Source: Rhodothermales bacterium (lineage in GTDB: Bacteria; Bacteroidota; Rhodothermia; Rhodothermales; Bin80). Taken from it: DNA of 64,000 nucleotides. The DNA is taken from the NCBI GenBank assembly GCA_965200955.1, contig OZ241742.1, positions 3,446,070-3,510,069 on the forward strand. The letters run 5' to 3'. The notes beneath the pieces were generated by a model, which was given only the letters and a program-made list of their open reading frames with translations, was not told the origin of the DNA and did not search any database. Numbering within the stretch: the stretch's first letter is position 1; each line of letters begins with the position of its first letter. Positions 44,662 to 56,058 of the stretch are shown here, in pieces. The position numbers and the translations under genes are program-made.

Positions 44662-45033
44662 TTATTTCGGCCGCTTGGCTCCATACTTTGAGCGGGACTG
44701 GGTTCGATCTTCGACACCAGATGTGTCCAGTGCCCCACGAACGATATGATACTTCACACCTGGAAGATCTTTCACACGCCCTCCCCGAACCAGTACAATG
44801 GAATGCTCCTGAAGATTATGCCCTTCACCAGGGATGTAGGCTATCACTTCAATCTGATTGGTCAATCGCACTTTGGCGACCTTGCGCAAGGCGGAGTTCG
44901 GTTTTTTTGGGGTTGTGGTGTACACACGCGTACAGACTCCCCGTCGTTGCGGGTTTCCCTGCAACGCAGCCGCCTTGGTCTTTTTGACCTTTGGATGGCG
45001 TCCAGTCCGAATAAGTTGTTGTATCGTAGGCAC
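44662..45033 (-). CDS. rpsL: 30S ribosomal protein S12 (GTG start)
   Basis: [10 protein letters not shown]; [10 protein letters not shown]. Confidence 0.98.
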   Translation of the reverse strand: MPTIQQLIRTGRHPKVKKTKAAALQGNPQRRGVCTRVYTTTPKKPNSALRKVAKVRLTNQIEVIAYIPGEGHNLQEHSIVLVRGGRVKDLPGVKYHIVRGALDTSGVEDRTQSRSKYGAKRPK

Positions 45034-45186
45034 GAATTATTTATATTTTGTGCCCCCTGTCCATAGTCATCTACTAATTATGACAAGAGCACGATTCTTG
45101 TACAGCCTCACAATATACGAATTATTTTTAAAAGGCTGTACATTTTACCCCAACTTTTTTTGAAAGTTTCACAAAAATGGAGAAAA

Positions 45187-47262
45187 TCACGTAGTTATTT
45201 CTGTTTCTTTACTTTTTTCGAAGACTTCGGAGGCTTCGGACTCTGGTGGATGCTCCTTTGAAGTTCCATTGAGTGAAACATATTCTCCGAATGGACGCTC
45301 ACCTAAAACGCCGACCAGATCTCTGGGACCGAGAACCTCTTTGGTCAACAGCAACTGTGCAAGCTCTTCAAGGCGATCGTTTTTGTCGCTCAGCAAGTTC
45401 CACGCACGCTGGCGAACTTCTTCAATCAACTCTCGGACTTCTTGATCAATGGTCGCCGCCATGGTCTCTGAATAAGGCTTGTCAAACAAGGGGCTTTGAT
45501 CTTTACGGCGAGACATATTAAAGCTGACATGACCAACTTTGCTGCTCATCCCGAAGTCAACCACCATTGCATAGGCCGTCTTCGTGATTCGCTCCAGATC
45601 ATTCTGTGCTCCCGTGGACAGTTGCCCAAACTTGATTTCTTCAGCCACTCTCCCCCCCATCATCATGGTCATCTGGTCCAAAAATGCCTCACGTGTCGTA
45701 ATGTATCGTTCATCGGGCAGGGACTGTGCGTATCCCAAAGCCGCAAGTCCACGTGGAACGATGGACACCTTGATCACAGGATCCGTATTCGGCAAGTACC
45801 AGCCGGCAATGGCATGACCTGCTTCATGGTAGGCGACAATACGTTTCTCCTCTGGCTTGATCAGTTTATTTTTCTTCTCCAATCCTCCAATCACTCGTTC
45901 AATGGCTTTCTCAAAGTCATTCATTCCGATCGCCTCCTTATCAAAACGAGCTGCCAGGAGAGCAGCCTCATTGCACACATTAGCAATTTCAGCGCCGGCA
46001 AACCCAGGTGTCTGTGAGGCTAATACTTCGGTCTCCACATCCTTGTCCAGTACAAGATTGCGGGTGTGTACCTTGAAGATGAGGGCCCGATCAAGCCGAT
46101 CAGGACGATCAATGAGAATTTGACGATCAAAACGACCGGGACGCAGCAGAGCGACATCAAGGACATCCGGGCGGTTCGTAGCTGCCATAATGATAACTCC
46201 CTTGTCGGTATTGAAGCCATCCATTTCAACCAGAAGTTGATTCAGGGTGTTTTCGCGTTCATCATTGCCGCCCATCATCATCGTCCGCCCTCGGCTACGC
46301 CCGATGGCATCAATCTCATCGATAAAGATGATGCAGGGAGCTTTTTCCTTGGCCTTTTTGAACAGATCTCGTACCCGTGCTGCACCAACGCCAACAAACA
46401 TCTCCACAAAATCACTGCCACTGATAGAAAAGAAAGGCACACCGGCTTCACCAGCGACTGCTTTGCCCATGAGGGTTTTACCGGTTCCTGGGGGGCCTAC
46501 CAAAAGGACTCCCTTGGGGAGAACGCCTCCAAGTTTGGTAAATTTCTTGGGATTCTTTAGAAACTCTACGACTTCAGAAACTTCCTCTTTTGCTTCAGCT
46601 AGGCCAGCAACGTCTTCAAATGTTACGGTAGGAGTTCCCTTGGATTCAAAGAGCACAGCACGATTCTTTCCAATATTGAGTACCTGTGATCCAGGGCCGG
46701 CACGCCGGAGAATCAGGATCCATAGAATGATAATGATGCCCAGTGGCAGCAGCCATGCGAGTGCACCACCTAACCAGTTCTCTTGATATCGAACTTCATA
46801 ACTAGGAACGGATGCTGCGTTTTCCTGTGAGCGCTGTTCTTCCAGAAAAGCAATCAGGTCATGGTTGGCAGTCTTTACCGTAGAAAAACGACCACGATCG
46901 GGAGTATCATTAAAAAAACTGGACTGTGGCTGAGAAGGGATGCCTGCGGACTCAACCGCAGAGTCATAAAGCGTGCCTGTGACACGGCGATCATTTTGAA
47001 TCAGAATGGATTCGACGTAGCCCTGCTCCACATAGTCCAGGAATGTACTATAGGCAATCGTAGGTGATTGATCACGCCCGACAGTAAAGATCAGGTTAAA
47101 TAACAGAAATCCCAGTAAGACTACATAAATCCACATATAGCGTCCGCGACGCTTGGGCTGCGTAGCTCCACGGTCGGGCTTGGCTTCATCAGATTTCTGA
47201 TGAGTGGGTTGGGTCTCTTGAGAATTTTGCGTCTCTTGAGGACTTGATGAATCCTGCATCAA
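45187..47262 (-). CDS. ftsH: ATP-dependent zinc metalloprotease FtsH
   Basis: Two TM helices, [26 protein letters not shown]. Confidence 0.97.
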   Translation of the reverse strand: MMQDSSSPQETQNSQETQPTHQKSDEAKPDRGATQPKRRGRYMWIYVVLLGFLLFNLIFTVGRDQSPTIAYSTFLDYVEQGYVESILIQNDRRVTGTLYDSAVESAGIPSQPQSSFFNDTPDRGRFSTVKTANHDLIAFLEEQRSQENAASVPSYEVRYQENWLGGALAWLLPLGIIIILWILILRRAGPGSQVLNIGKNRAVLFESKGTPTVTFEDVAGLAEAKEEVSEVVEFLKNPKKFTKLGGVLPKGVLLVGPPGTGKTLMGKAVAGEAGVPFFSISGSDFVEMFVGVGAARVRDLFKKAKEKAPCIIFIDEIDAIGRSRGRTMMMGGNDERENTLNQLLVEMDGFNTDKGVIIMAATNRPDVLDVALLRPGRFDRQILIDRPDRLDRALIFKVHTRNLVLDKDVETEVLASQTPGFAGAEIANVCNEAALLAARFDKEAIGMNDFEKAIERVIGGLEKKNKLIKPEEKRIVAYHEAGHAIAGWYLPNTDPVIKVSIVPRGLAALGYAQSLPDERYITTREAFLDQMTMMMGGRVAEEIKFGQLSTGAQNDLERITKTAYAMVVDFGMSSKVGHVSFNMSRRKDQSPLFDKPYSETMAATIDQEVRELIEEVRQRAWNLLSDKNDRLEELAQLLLTKEVLGPRDLVGVLGERPFGEYVSLNGTSKEHPPESEASEVFEKSKETEITT

Positions 47263-47322
47263 AGGATGTCCATGATCAATGAAGAATCCCGTTTTATGAT
47301 CTAAGTGCGGAACTGTTTCTAT

Positions 47323-50300
47323 TTATGGATCAAGGTCCTGCTGTGCACGGATTCTGGAAATGTTCGCATCTTGGGGAAGTCGTCCCTGAAGTTGTTGCAT
47401 CACAAGTTCAGCAGCCTGGAGGGTTTCAAACAGCCCAAGTCCAACTCTGAACTCAATCGTTCCCTGAACCTGAGCACCATAAATGTCCAATGGATCTGAA
47501 ACATCTGACAGTGTTCTTGAAAAATTGGACACAAACGCTTTGGCCATTTCGTGATTGTCATAGGATATGAGGTGAATGGTATATCCTCCCTGAGACCAGT
47601 CTAGATTTCCCATACTCGGATCGGTCAATTCGGTCATTGCTGGTGACTCGTTATTGCTTAGAGTTGAGAGCGGTTCATCGGTCAAGAGCGAGTCCAGTGT
47701 TGGGGGTTGATCAAGTTCTGGGTTCTCTTGATCGGGTAATGGATCAAACCCCATGAAGGCGGTTGTATCGGCGATGGTCATGGAGTCTACGACCATTTCC
47801 GTATTCAATAGGGAAATCTGTTGATCTATTTGCAGGAGGTCCAGAGAATCTAAGGGTGCAGTGACAGTAAGAGAGTCTTGGACGATATCAGCAATTCGTA
47901 GAGAGTCAACCATAGACGAATCCTTGATCACCAGAGAGTCCTGAACCAACGAATCAACCATAGCTACGGACTGCATCGTGAGTGAATCAGCAGCGGCTTG
48001 AAGAGAATCCTGAATTGCCTGTCGGCGATCGCGTTCTTCGGTCAGTGCATTCAGCATGCGCTGTGCCCGACTGGCTTGAGGAGAGTCCTCAAAGGATGTC
48101 TGGATATGAGCAAGGAGCAGTGGAAGCGTCAGCAAGCTGTCAGACGCGGTTGCAGTAGAATCTAAGTCCGAATAAAAACCAGCAGTTTGCAATTCGTTGG
48201 GATGGATGTCAACAGGAAGTTGACCCAATACATCTAGACTGTCCTGACTGGCGAGCTCCAGATAGGCTTTCGTAGTCGCCAGGAATGCTTTGGGTGCTGT
48301 AGGGGTCTGGTGCCATTGGAGACCAAGATGAAACAGGTGATCAATGATCTGGTCAGATGATCCCATTTCCCACTGGATCTGGTGCTCCTGATACTGCTGT
48401 TCAGCGATGGCCGTTGAATCCAGTACGACGACCCCTGTGCTGGATCGTCCGAGTCTCGAATAGGCCTGAGACGTGAGTTCGGATGCAGGAAATTCGGAAA
48501 TCAAAAGTTCATACAGCCGATGGGCAGCAAGAGTATCTCCCAACGCCTGCTGTACTTCCGCAAGTGCATAATAGGCACGCTCGACCACTTCCTCTTCGCT
48601 GTCTTCTTCAATGACTATTCGATACCATACCGCCGCTGAGTCAGGCATATCCATAGAAAGAAATAGAACATTCGCCAATTCATAACGAGCATTGGCTCTT
48701 TCGGTGAGCATCTCATCAAACTGCTGCTGGGTTCGGGGAACAGCGGACACATCCACTCGGGGCAAGTTAATGGTAGGGTTATTGGACTCGGCAGAATTTT
48801 CTTCCACCCCCGCTTCTTCAACCAGCGAGGCCTCAATCGCTGCAATGCGCCTCCAGTTGGGGGCAAGGGGGCGGTCACCCCAGACGGACACAAAATCCTC
48901 CCGTGCATACATCATCTGCTGCGAGTCTTTATGATACAGGAATCCAGCCTCTCCTTCTGACCCCGCCACCACAGCCGTTTCTCCAAATCCTACATCATCA
49001 AACCCTGGCGTATTCCTGCGAAATCCAGACTCCGACTGGAGTTGACGCATCTCCTCCCGCATTTTTTCCAACTCTTCTGCTCTCTGTTGACGAAGTTGCA
49101 AAACCACTGCAGCAAAGCTACTGTCATCAAGCGTTCCCAGGTACAGCAGTGAATCCATCAGGACAATTTGATCAAGCACATCTGAAAAACTGCCAAATAC
49201 CTGTGCCTGCTGATCACCATCAATGATCGCACTTGGGGAAGGGATGAGCGTCGTCGTCATGGACTGACTGCTTCGTGAGCGATTTCCAACGGTTTTGATT
49301 GCACTTGACGCGGTGTCAAAATGAGCGGCTGCGTAGGGATAATCCACGAGAACATCCCGATAATAGGTTCCCAAGACATAGTGCACGCGGCCACGGACTC
49401 TTGAACCACCTGATTGGGGGTCATAGAGCAGTTCATCATATTCAGCAAGAGCTTCATCATACTCCCCCAATGCCATCAGGACTCGTCCACGGAGGTAGCC
49501 AAGTTCTGCACGATACTCATAATTTTTATCATCTCTTTCCATGCGACGCAAGCGTCTGAGTCCCTCCGATGGATCCAGATGCTCGGACTGAACCTGTACT
49601 GCATTAAATTGTGCGGCAAACGACAGTTCGTAAAAAGGTTTGTAGTCCTGAACTCGATCGTACGCTTCCACCGCATCCATATATCTTTCAAGATACTCAA
49701 GAACCTGACCGTATAAAAACTGTGCTCTTGATGCACGAACATTGCCACGAATCTGCTCCATGGCTCGTTCCAACTCCATTGCTGCTGGTTCTATATTCTG
49801 ATTTTGAACATAGAGTTCAGCGAGGGTTAATCGGTATTCGACTTCCCATCGGGTTGAAAGATCGTCACGGCTTAGAATAGCTTGCAAATGTGTAGAGGCT
49901 TCTTCGTAGGCACCGCTGGCAATCAGCGTACGTGCTAGCCAGAAATTGGCCTCATCCTTCAGCGGGGAGTCCAGTTCAAGAATTTCCTTAAACTTTTCTT
50001 CTGCACCCACATAATTGAGCGTATAAAACCATGCTTTTCCGATGATCAGAATCGCATCATCCACCCATTTGGAATTCGGATGTTCTCGTACAACATCGGC
50101 ACTCTTTGCAATCGCATCCTCAAAGGGTTGCTGCTGACCCGTGAGTTGATCATTTCTTCCGAACACCGAAATGAACACATCTCGATCGATCGGCTGGTCA
50201 GCAAGGCGTTCCTCAATGGTTTTGCCCCCTTGTTTGAAGGATCGTTGAGCATTGTAAAATGTATTGTAATAGGCCGAAAAATTATTGAATCTGGATCCAA

Positions 50301-50373
50301 TAAAGGAGGTGCTACTACATCCCGACAGACATAGCAGTAGTATGCTTAGTACACAGATTCGTACGCTTCTCAT
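47323..50373 (-). CDS. TPR lipoprotein, SprE/PorW-like, with C-terminal SPOR-like domain
   Basis: Lipobox LSGC; FSAYYNTFYNA; SKWVDDA; WGDRPLAPNWRR; C-terminal YTIHLIS...FRVGLGLF. Confidence 0.7.
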   Translation of the reverse strand: MRSVRICVLSILLLCLSGCSSTSFIGSRFNNFSAYYNTFYNAQRSFKQGGKTIEERLADQPIDRDVFISVFGRNDQLTGQQQPFEDAIAKSADVVREHPNSKWVDDAILIIGKAWFYTLNYVGAEEKFKEILELDSPLKDEANFWLARTLIASGAYEEASTHLQAILSRDDLSTRWEVEYRLTLAELYVQNQNIEPAAMELERAMEQIRGNVRASRAQFLYGQVLEYLERYMDAVEAYDRVQDYKPFYELSFAAQFNAVQVQSEHLDPSEGLRRLRRMERDDKNYEYRAELGYLRGRVLMALGEYDEALAEYDELLYDPQSGGSRVRGRVHYVLGTYYRDVLVDYPYAAAHFDTASSAIKTVGNRSRSSQSMTTTLIPSPSAIIDGDQQAQVFGSFSDVLDQIVLMDSLLYLGTLDDSSFAAVVLQLRQQRAEELEKMREEMRQLQSESGFRRNTPGFDDVGFGETAVVAGSEGEAGFLYHKDSQQMMYAREDFVSVWGDRPLAPNWRRIAAIEASLVEEAGVEENSAESNNPTINLPRVDVSAVPRTQQQFDEMLTERANARYELANVLFLSMDMPDSAAVWYRIVIEEDSEEEVVERAYYALAEVQQALGDTLAAHRLYELLISEFPASELTSQAYSRLGRSSTGVVVLDSTAIAEQQYQEHQIQWEMGSSDQIIDHLFHLGLQWHQTPTAPKAFLATTKAYLELASQDSLDVLGQLPVDIHPNELQTAGFYSDLDSTATASDSLLTLPLLLAHIQTSFEDSPQASRAQRMLNALTEERDRRQAIQDSLQAAADSLTMQSVAMVDSLVQDSLVIKDSSMVDSLRIADIVQDSLTVTAPLDSLDLLQIDQQISLLNTEMVVDSMTIADTTAFMGFDPLPDQENPELDQPPTLDSLLTDEPLSTLSNNESPAMTELTDPSMGNLDWSQGGYTIHLISYDNHEMAKAFVSNFSRTLSDVSDPLDIYGAQVQGTIEFRVGLGLFETLQAAELVMQQLQGRLPQDANISRIRAQQDLDP

Positions 50374-50374
50374 T

Positions 50375-51841
50375 TCAATCTACATAGCTCACATGAACCA
50401 GATTGGTGCGTCCCTTTCGGGGGAGGGGCATTCCAGCACAAATAACGATGGTATCACCGCTTCTGATATACCCTTTACTCACCAATGTCTGCTGAACCAA
50501 TCTGACACCGGCATCGGTATCACTTTGGAAGGGAATCTTGAATGCTTTGGTTCCCCACAAGACACCGACCTGCCCAATCACCGCAGGTGAATCGGTAAAC
50601 GCATACACGGGCATGCGTGGCCGATGTTTCGCAAGGGCTCTGGCAGTTGCTCCAGAAGCGGTCAGACATACCAGTGCACGTGCACCCACATTTTTCGCCA
50701 GTTCGCAGGCCGTCAGACTGACGGCATCGGTAACATCCTGAGAATCCTCTACTGCACTGAGTCCTTCTGGAAGCCCGCGGCTTCGCTCTGGTAGGGCATA
50801 CCAGTGCTCTTCTGCAGCCGTAATGATTCGTGCCATAGCATTGACCACATGAGCTGGATGTTGCCCGACTGCAGTTTCTCCGCTAAGCATCACGGCATCA
50901 GTTCCATCAAGTACGGCATTGGCAACGTCACTGGCTTCGGCCCTTGTGGGGACATGATCTTCAATCATGCTTTCCAGCATCTGTGTGGCTGTGATGACAG
51001 GTTTTCCAGCTAAAAGACATTTGTGGATGATTGTCTTTTGAGCATGTGGAATGGACGACATGGGCATCTCAATACCCAGATCTCCACGTGCAACCATGAT
51101 CCCATCGCTGACAGCAAGGATGTGATCAATCGTCTCAAATGCTTCAGGTTTTTCAATTTTTGAGATCACCCCTGCACGGTGCCCAGCGGCTTTCAGATGT
51201 TTACGCAGGTGAACAACATCGGTCTCGTTACGCACAAAAGAAAGGGCGATCCAGTCCACATTTAAATCAATACCCACTTCAAGATCGGCGAGATCCTTTT
51301 CTGTTAATGCAGGTCCACTGGTGCGTACATGGGGCAGGTTCACTCCCTTCCTTGACTTCAAAATACCTCCCACATCCACGCGTGCACGAATATCATCTCC
51401 CTTGATGGATAAAACCGTAAGGGCAAGCCTGCCATCATCCATCAAAATTTTCCCTCCAAGTGCAATATCTTGGGCAAGGGCTTTATAACTGATATAAATA
51501 TGTTCACCCGTAGAAAGATCTTCACTTGAACTGGATGCAGAAATCATCACTTCGGATCCTTCATTCAACATGACCGAGTTCCCTTCAACGGGGCTCACTC
51601 GTATTCGAGGACCTTGCAGATCTTGCAGGATCGTGACTGTTTTGTCTAACTTATCGGCCTCTTCACGAACCAGAGCCACCACCTTGCGATGCGTCTCATG
51701 TTCGCCATGAGAAAAATTGAGTCTGACGACATCCGTTCCAGCCTCAATCAGTGCTGCAATCGTTTCACGATCACTTGAGGCTGGCCCCAACGTTGAGATA
51801 ATTTTGGTGTGACGGGGTATGGACTGTGAAAACATATTCAA
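50375..51841 (-). CDS. pyk: Pyruvate kinase
   Basis: TKIISTLGPAS; RLNFSHG; MVARGDLG; ATQMLESM; MLSGETA. Confidence 0.97.
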   Translation of the reverse strand: MNMFSQSIPRHTKIISTLGPASSDRETIAALIEAGTDVVRLNFSHGEHETHRKVVALVREEADKLDKTVTILQDLQGPRIRVSPVEGNSVMLNEGSEVMISASSSSEDLSTGEHIYISYKALAQDIALGGKILMDDGRLALTVLSIKGDDIRARVDVGGILKSRKGVNLPHVRTSGPALTEKDLADLEVGIDLNVDWIALSFVRNETDVVHLRKHLKAAGHRAGVISKIEKPEAFETIDHILAVSDGIMVARGDLGIEMPMSSIPHAQKTIIHKCLLAGKPVITATQMLESMIEDHVPTRAEASDVANAVLDGTDAVMLSGETAVGQHPAHVVNAMARIITAAEEHWYALPERSRGLPEGLSAVEDSQDVTDAVSLTACELAKNVGARALVCLTASGATARALAKHRPRMPVYAFTDSPAVIGQVGVLWGTKAFKIPFQSDTDAGVRLVQQTLVSKGYIRSGDTIVICAGMPLPRKGRTNLVHVSYVD

Positions 51842-51913
51842 TTCTTAGGGAAATTGTTCTTATTATTGGGTTAAACCACTATATCGCTGGTGTGCTTCCA
51901 AATTTTGAAAACT

Positions 51914-53038
51914 ATGCGCTCTGCTCTGACTCTCTTTCCACTTTTGTTGATTTCCCTGACCGCCACTGCACAGGATCATCGCCCCATTGAGTTTCCAGAT
52001 GTACCTGGATATCATACTGTGGTTTGTGATCTGCACACACATAGTGTTTTCTCTGATGGAAGTGTATGGCCCAATATTCGAATTGAGGAATCTCACCGTG
52101 ATCATCTTGATGCTATTGCCATCACCGAGCATTTGGAGTACCTTCCTTATCGGTCTGATATTCCCCTGCCCGATCATAATCGATCGTATGAAGTGGCCAA
52201 GCGGGTCAACCGTGACCATCCACTCATCGTCATTCCGGGTGCAGAAATTACCAGAGGTATGCCTCTAGGACATGTGAATGCCATCTTCATTACCGATGCC
52301 AATGCACTGGTTGCTCCACAGGGCGAAGAGTTCATGGATGTCATGCAGGTATTTGAAGCCGTAGAGCAACAGGGAGCCTTTGCATTTTGGAACCATCCAG
52401 CCTGGACTCCACAGCGTTCAGATGGCGTAGCCACACTCACGGATCTCCATCATACGCTCATAGATGCCAATTTGCTTCAAGGCATTGAGGTTGCCAATCA
52501 ATATACGTACTCAGATGAGGCTTTACAGATTGCTCTCGACCATCATCTTGCGATTATTGGAACCAGTGACATTCATGGATTGATTGACTGGGATTATGAC
52601 ATTGCAGATGGCGGACATCGGCCCGTCACTCTTATCTTTGCCCAACAAAAGACCGCAGAAAGTATCCACGAGGCACTCCGCAATCGTCGCACGGTCGCAT
52701 GGCATCGCAATACCCTGATTGGGCGTGAGTCAGAACTGCTCCCCCTCATTGACGCGTCCCTTGAAGTTGTGAATGCTGAATTTAGACCTAGAACTTCCGT
52801 ACTGGACATTCAACTGGAAAACCATTCAGATGCTCGTTTTCTACTACGAAATATTTCAAAGTATACCTTCCATGAAGATGCGAACATTGTGGAGGTCATG
52901 CCCCATACAGTGACGGAATTTACCTTAAAGACCGTTGATGAAGAAGGCCCCTACTTCGTTGCGTTTGAAGTTCTCAATGCGGTGATTGCACCGAATACGC
53001 ATCCTGAAATCACACTGGACATACAACCTACCCAATAG
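51914..53038 (+). CDS. Secreted PHP-domain phosphoesterase (Sb-PDE-like)
   Basis: Signal peptide; DLHTHSVFSDG, AITEH, WNHP, GTSDIH. Confidence 0.85.
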   Translation: MRSALTLFPLLLISLTATAQDHRPIEFPDVPGYHTVVCDLHTHSVFSDGSVWPNIRIEESHRDHLDAIAITEHLEYLPYRSDIPLPDHNRSYEVAKRVNRDHPLIVIPGAEITRGMPLGHVNAIFITDANALVAPQGEEFMDVMQVFEAVEQQGAFAFWNHPAWTPQRSDGVATLTDLHHTLIDANLLQGIEVANQYTYSDEALQIALDHHLAIIGTSDIHGLIDWDYDIADGGHRPVTLIFAQQKTAESIHEALRNRRTVAWHRNTLIGRESELLPLIDASLEVVNAEFRPRTSVLDIQLENHSDARFLLRNISKYTFHEDANIVEVMPHTVTEFTLKTVDEEGPYFVAFEVLNAVIAPNTHPEITLDIQPTQ

Positions 53039-53108
53039 ATCTAACTTGCGATTTTGTGACTTTACCGCCGTTGAGTGCGACAGAGCAAATACCATTATCA
53101 CCTTTTTG

Positions 53109-53561
53109 ATGAAATACTATCCATTACTTTTACTTTTACTGACTGGCTGTGTCTCGACTCAAAGCCTATCTGTTACAGAGCGTTCCCGTGTATATGATTT
53201 GGACTATGATCGCGTTTTTGATGCGACCGTTCTGGTGCTCGCAGAACATGGATATGCAGTAATTGACGCTGAAAAAGACGAGGGGATCATCAACACCGAT
53301 TACCGTGCTCATGACCGACTTTTCTCGTTCCTTAGTGGCCCTACGCGCCGCAAGATCTCCGCATTGATCTCTACAACTCCGATCGGAACGCAGGTCCTTC
53401 TCAATTTAGACATTCAAGAGTTATCAGATGGATCCCCAATATCTGGAATATTAGGAGGAGACAGCGGCAACTATACCTCCAAGCAGGTTTCTCCGCGCCA
53501 AGCCCGACGATACTACAACGAGTTATTTGAGAATCTTGAAAATTATCTCCTGCTATATTGA
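53109..53561 (+). CDS. Hypothetical lipoprotein
   Basis: MKYYPLLLLLLTGC lipobox. Confidence 0.7.
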   Translation: MKYYPLLLLLLTGCVSTQSLSVTERSRVYDLDYDRVFDATVLVLAEHGYAVIDAEKDEGIINTDYRAHDRLFSFLSGPTRRKISALISTTPIGTQVLLNLDIQELSDGSPISGILGGDSGNYTSKQVSPRQARRYYNELFENLENYLLLY

Positions 53562-54655
53562 TCCCTAACGATCTTGACTCCCACATGAGGTGATCCATCC
53601 TCTGATCATTGCGTCAGAGTGTTGAGATCTATGGTCATTCCCGAGACATTGAGTCATGTCCTCGGACCCGTAATGGCTAAGGTCAATCCGTCATGCTGAA
53701 TATTGACAAACAGCGTGGTGCCATCTGGTGAAAACGTTGCACCGGCCAGCTCGGAGTAACTCACGGCGTTCCGAGCAAATTTGTACAGTTCTCCTTGTGG
53801 AGTGACTCCAACTAGGAATTGCTCATTGGATCCATCCTCACAAACAATGAGATTTCCCCAAGGCGTGACGGTCAGGTTGTCCGCATTTTCTATCAGGCCT
53901 GGATCATTAGGCTCAATAAACAGCTCCAGGGTATCTTCGGCGGGGTTGAGTTTCCAGATCTGTCTGCACTTTGCGTTTCCTCCATTGGTGCAGGCAAAAT
54001 ACTCTGCATGATTACCATACCACATGCCTTCCCCTCGTGCAAACATAGCTGCTCCCTGATCAAATCACCGAAGTCGTTAATCCCCCATTGGGGCTTCCAC
54101 ATCGTCCATATCAATCCAGGTGATGTTCATGGTCTCACCTACGTTGACCATTTGGGAATCCCAGTTACGAGTATCGAGACTCGGCATTCCGACAATCTGC
54201 AATGCCTGCAATTGCCCCCCACCTCTACATCTTCTGGATTCTCAGGAATATATCGGTAGATTAAACTATCATGCTCATCTTCGGTCTGATAAATGATATT
54301 CGTATTTGGATCTACGGCAACCGCTTCATGATTGAACCTTCCCATTGCACGAATGGGCACGGGGGGCGTGACTTGGGGGATATCGTCTCAGGGACTTGAA
54401 AGATATACCCGTGGTCTTTTGCAAACCCATCTCCTGCTAATACCGTAATTTCTTCACAGGTGATCCAAGTGTTTCAGGGGGTTGGGCCACCCGCACAGTT
54501 GCGCAGTGTACCAGTAAGGCTCAGAAACTGCGAAACCAACTTCTGATTTTGCGTATCGTAGATCAGGGTTGTGGTACCACCAAGTGCAGGAGATCCATCT
54601 GTGCCAGCATCATAGAAATAACTTGTATCAAGGCGATTAAGGAGATTATTGTTTT

Positions 54656-56058
54656 GGGAATTATATACGTGAGTAACCATGTTAGACAGCCACTCCAACC
54701 GTATCCATTTCACGGCTCATAGGAGTCTCTAATGAGAACGCTCCTCCACGTGCAGATGCCCCAATCCCGAAGGCCAAGAGTATATTCGCAGATGCATTCA
54801 GATCTGCGTGATCCGTATGCCCACAGGACATACACTGAAACTTGCTTTGTGTCTTCCGATTCTTCTTGCTGGTATGTCCACACTGGTTACACCGTTGACT
54901 GGTATACTTAGGATCTACAAGGACTACGTTACCAAACTTGTAATCGCAGTAGAAATTAAATCTGCTCCATCCAGCATTCTGAATCACGCGGTTCAATCCT
55001 GCTTTGGCTTTTACATTCTTGCCAGGATCTTCAATCGTACCCTTGGCTGACTTGGACATGTTCTTGATCTTCAAGTCTTCACGCTTCAAAGTGTAAGCTT
55101 TCGCAGACAATTGACGGCTGTGCTGATGTGCCGCATTGACGCGGCAGTTCTTCTGTTTCCGCTTCCACTTGTTGATCTTCCGTTTGGTTCGCTTGTACCG
55201 TCCAGATCCTTTCTGTTGACGAGCTAACTTACGTTGATACCTGCGAATCCTTATTTCTTTATCCGTTAGATCAGGTAAAGGATACATGCCTCGTTCACCA
55301 TCAGATGAGGAATAAGAAATATTGTACGTGTTCAAATCAATGCCTATCTCTTTGCCATCATCCTCTCTTTCTGGCAGATCAAAGACTTTATAGAGTACGG
55401 ACATCTTCCAATAACGTCCGTCCTTCTTCACAGTCACTTCAATTGGCTCAGCGTTTGGATAAGGATTACCCCCTTTTCTACGCATCTTCATCCAGCCTAC
55501 CTTTTGAATATAGATATTGTCGTCTACAATCGTAAAAGCACTTTTCGGAGCTGTAAACGATTTATGCTTGTATTTATTATGGAATGTAGGGTGATCACGT
55601 AATCCTTTGAAAAACGCTTGCCATGCCTCTGCCTGCCCTTTTAAGGTATAACGTACAATATGAGATGAGTACTTAGATAACCAACCTGTTTCTTTACGTA
55701 AAGACGGGTAACGCTTGATTAACGAATAAAAGGATAACGAAGGGTTTTCCATATCCTCATGTTTGAATTCACTGTTAATCTGTTTTAGGATCACATTCCA
55801 CACAAACAGACATGCACCAACCAATCCATGCAATAACATGGCTTTATATTGGGTGCCCGGTAGTAATCGGTACTCTATTCCACGATAAGCAGTGGAACAG
55901 GAATGATCCGAAGAGTTAGAAGCCTTAACAGGCATGGTATCAAGGTTGATTGATAGTATGATAAGCAATGGGCAGGTTGGCTGACCTGTTCCATTGTGTC
56001 TGTTAAACACAACCAAATAAAAAGGTTCCGTTTGTGGTTACTCACGTATATAATTCCC
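54656..56058 (-). mobile_element. Non-autonomous TIR/TSD transposon (IS1595-like ends) carrying only tnpB
   Basis: Perfect 24-bp TIR GGGAATTATATACGTGAGTAACCA (54656-54679; reverse complement at 56035-56058). 8-bp direct repeat ATTGTTTT at 54648-54655 and 56059-56066. No transposase inside. Confidence 0.92.
54682..55935 (-). CDS. tnpB: RNA-guided endonuclease TnpB
   Basis: N-terminal YRLLP...FVWN, RuvC-I IGIDLN, RuvC-II REDLKIKNM, KAGLNR, YTSQRCNQCG..CMSCG zinc finger, RuvC-III HADLNASANI. ATG 55935 is the preferred start. Confidence 0.93.
   Translation of the reverse strand: MPVKASNSSDHSCSTAYRGIEYRLLPGTQYKAMLLHGLVGACLFVWNVILKQINSEFKHEDMENPSLSFYSLIKRYPSLRKETGWLSKYSSHIVRYTLKGQAEAWQAFFKGLRDHPTFHNKYKHKSFTAPKSAFTIVDDNIYIQKVGWMKMRRKGGNPYPNAEPIEVTVKKDGRYWKMSVLYKVFDLPEREDDGKEIGIDLNTYNISYSSSDGERGMYPLPDLTDKEIRIRRYQRKLARQQKGSGRYKRTKRKINKWKRKQKNCRVNAAHQHSRQLSAKAYTLKREDLKIKNMSKSAKGTIEDPGKNVKAKAGLNRVIQNAGWSRFNFYCDYKFGNVVLVDPKYTSQRCNQCGHTSKKNRKTQSKFQCMSCGHTDHADLNASANILLAFGIGASARGGAFSLETPMSREMDTVGVAV

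Noticed and set aside
26487-46786. Many overlapping or antisense ORFs across the ribosomal cluster, tuf, fusA and ftsH
   Set aside because: They are shadow frames of highly conserved genes with no recognisable motifs.
54656-56058. Ordinary IS200/IS605 (IS1341-type) or IS607 element, or a type V CRISPR effector
   Set aside because: The boundaries defined by the paralog are TIRs with an 8-bp TSD, which those families do not produce. There is no tnpA and no adjacent CRISPR array.
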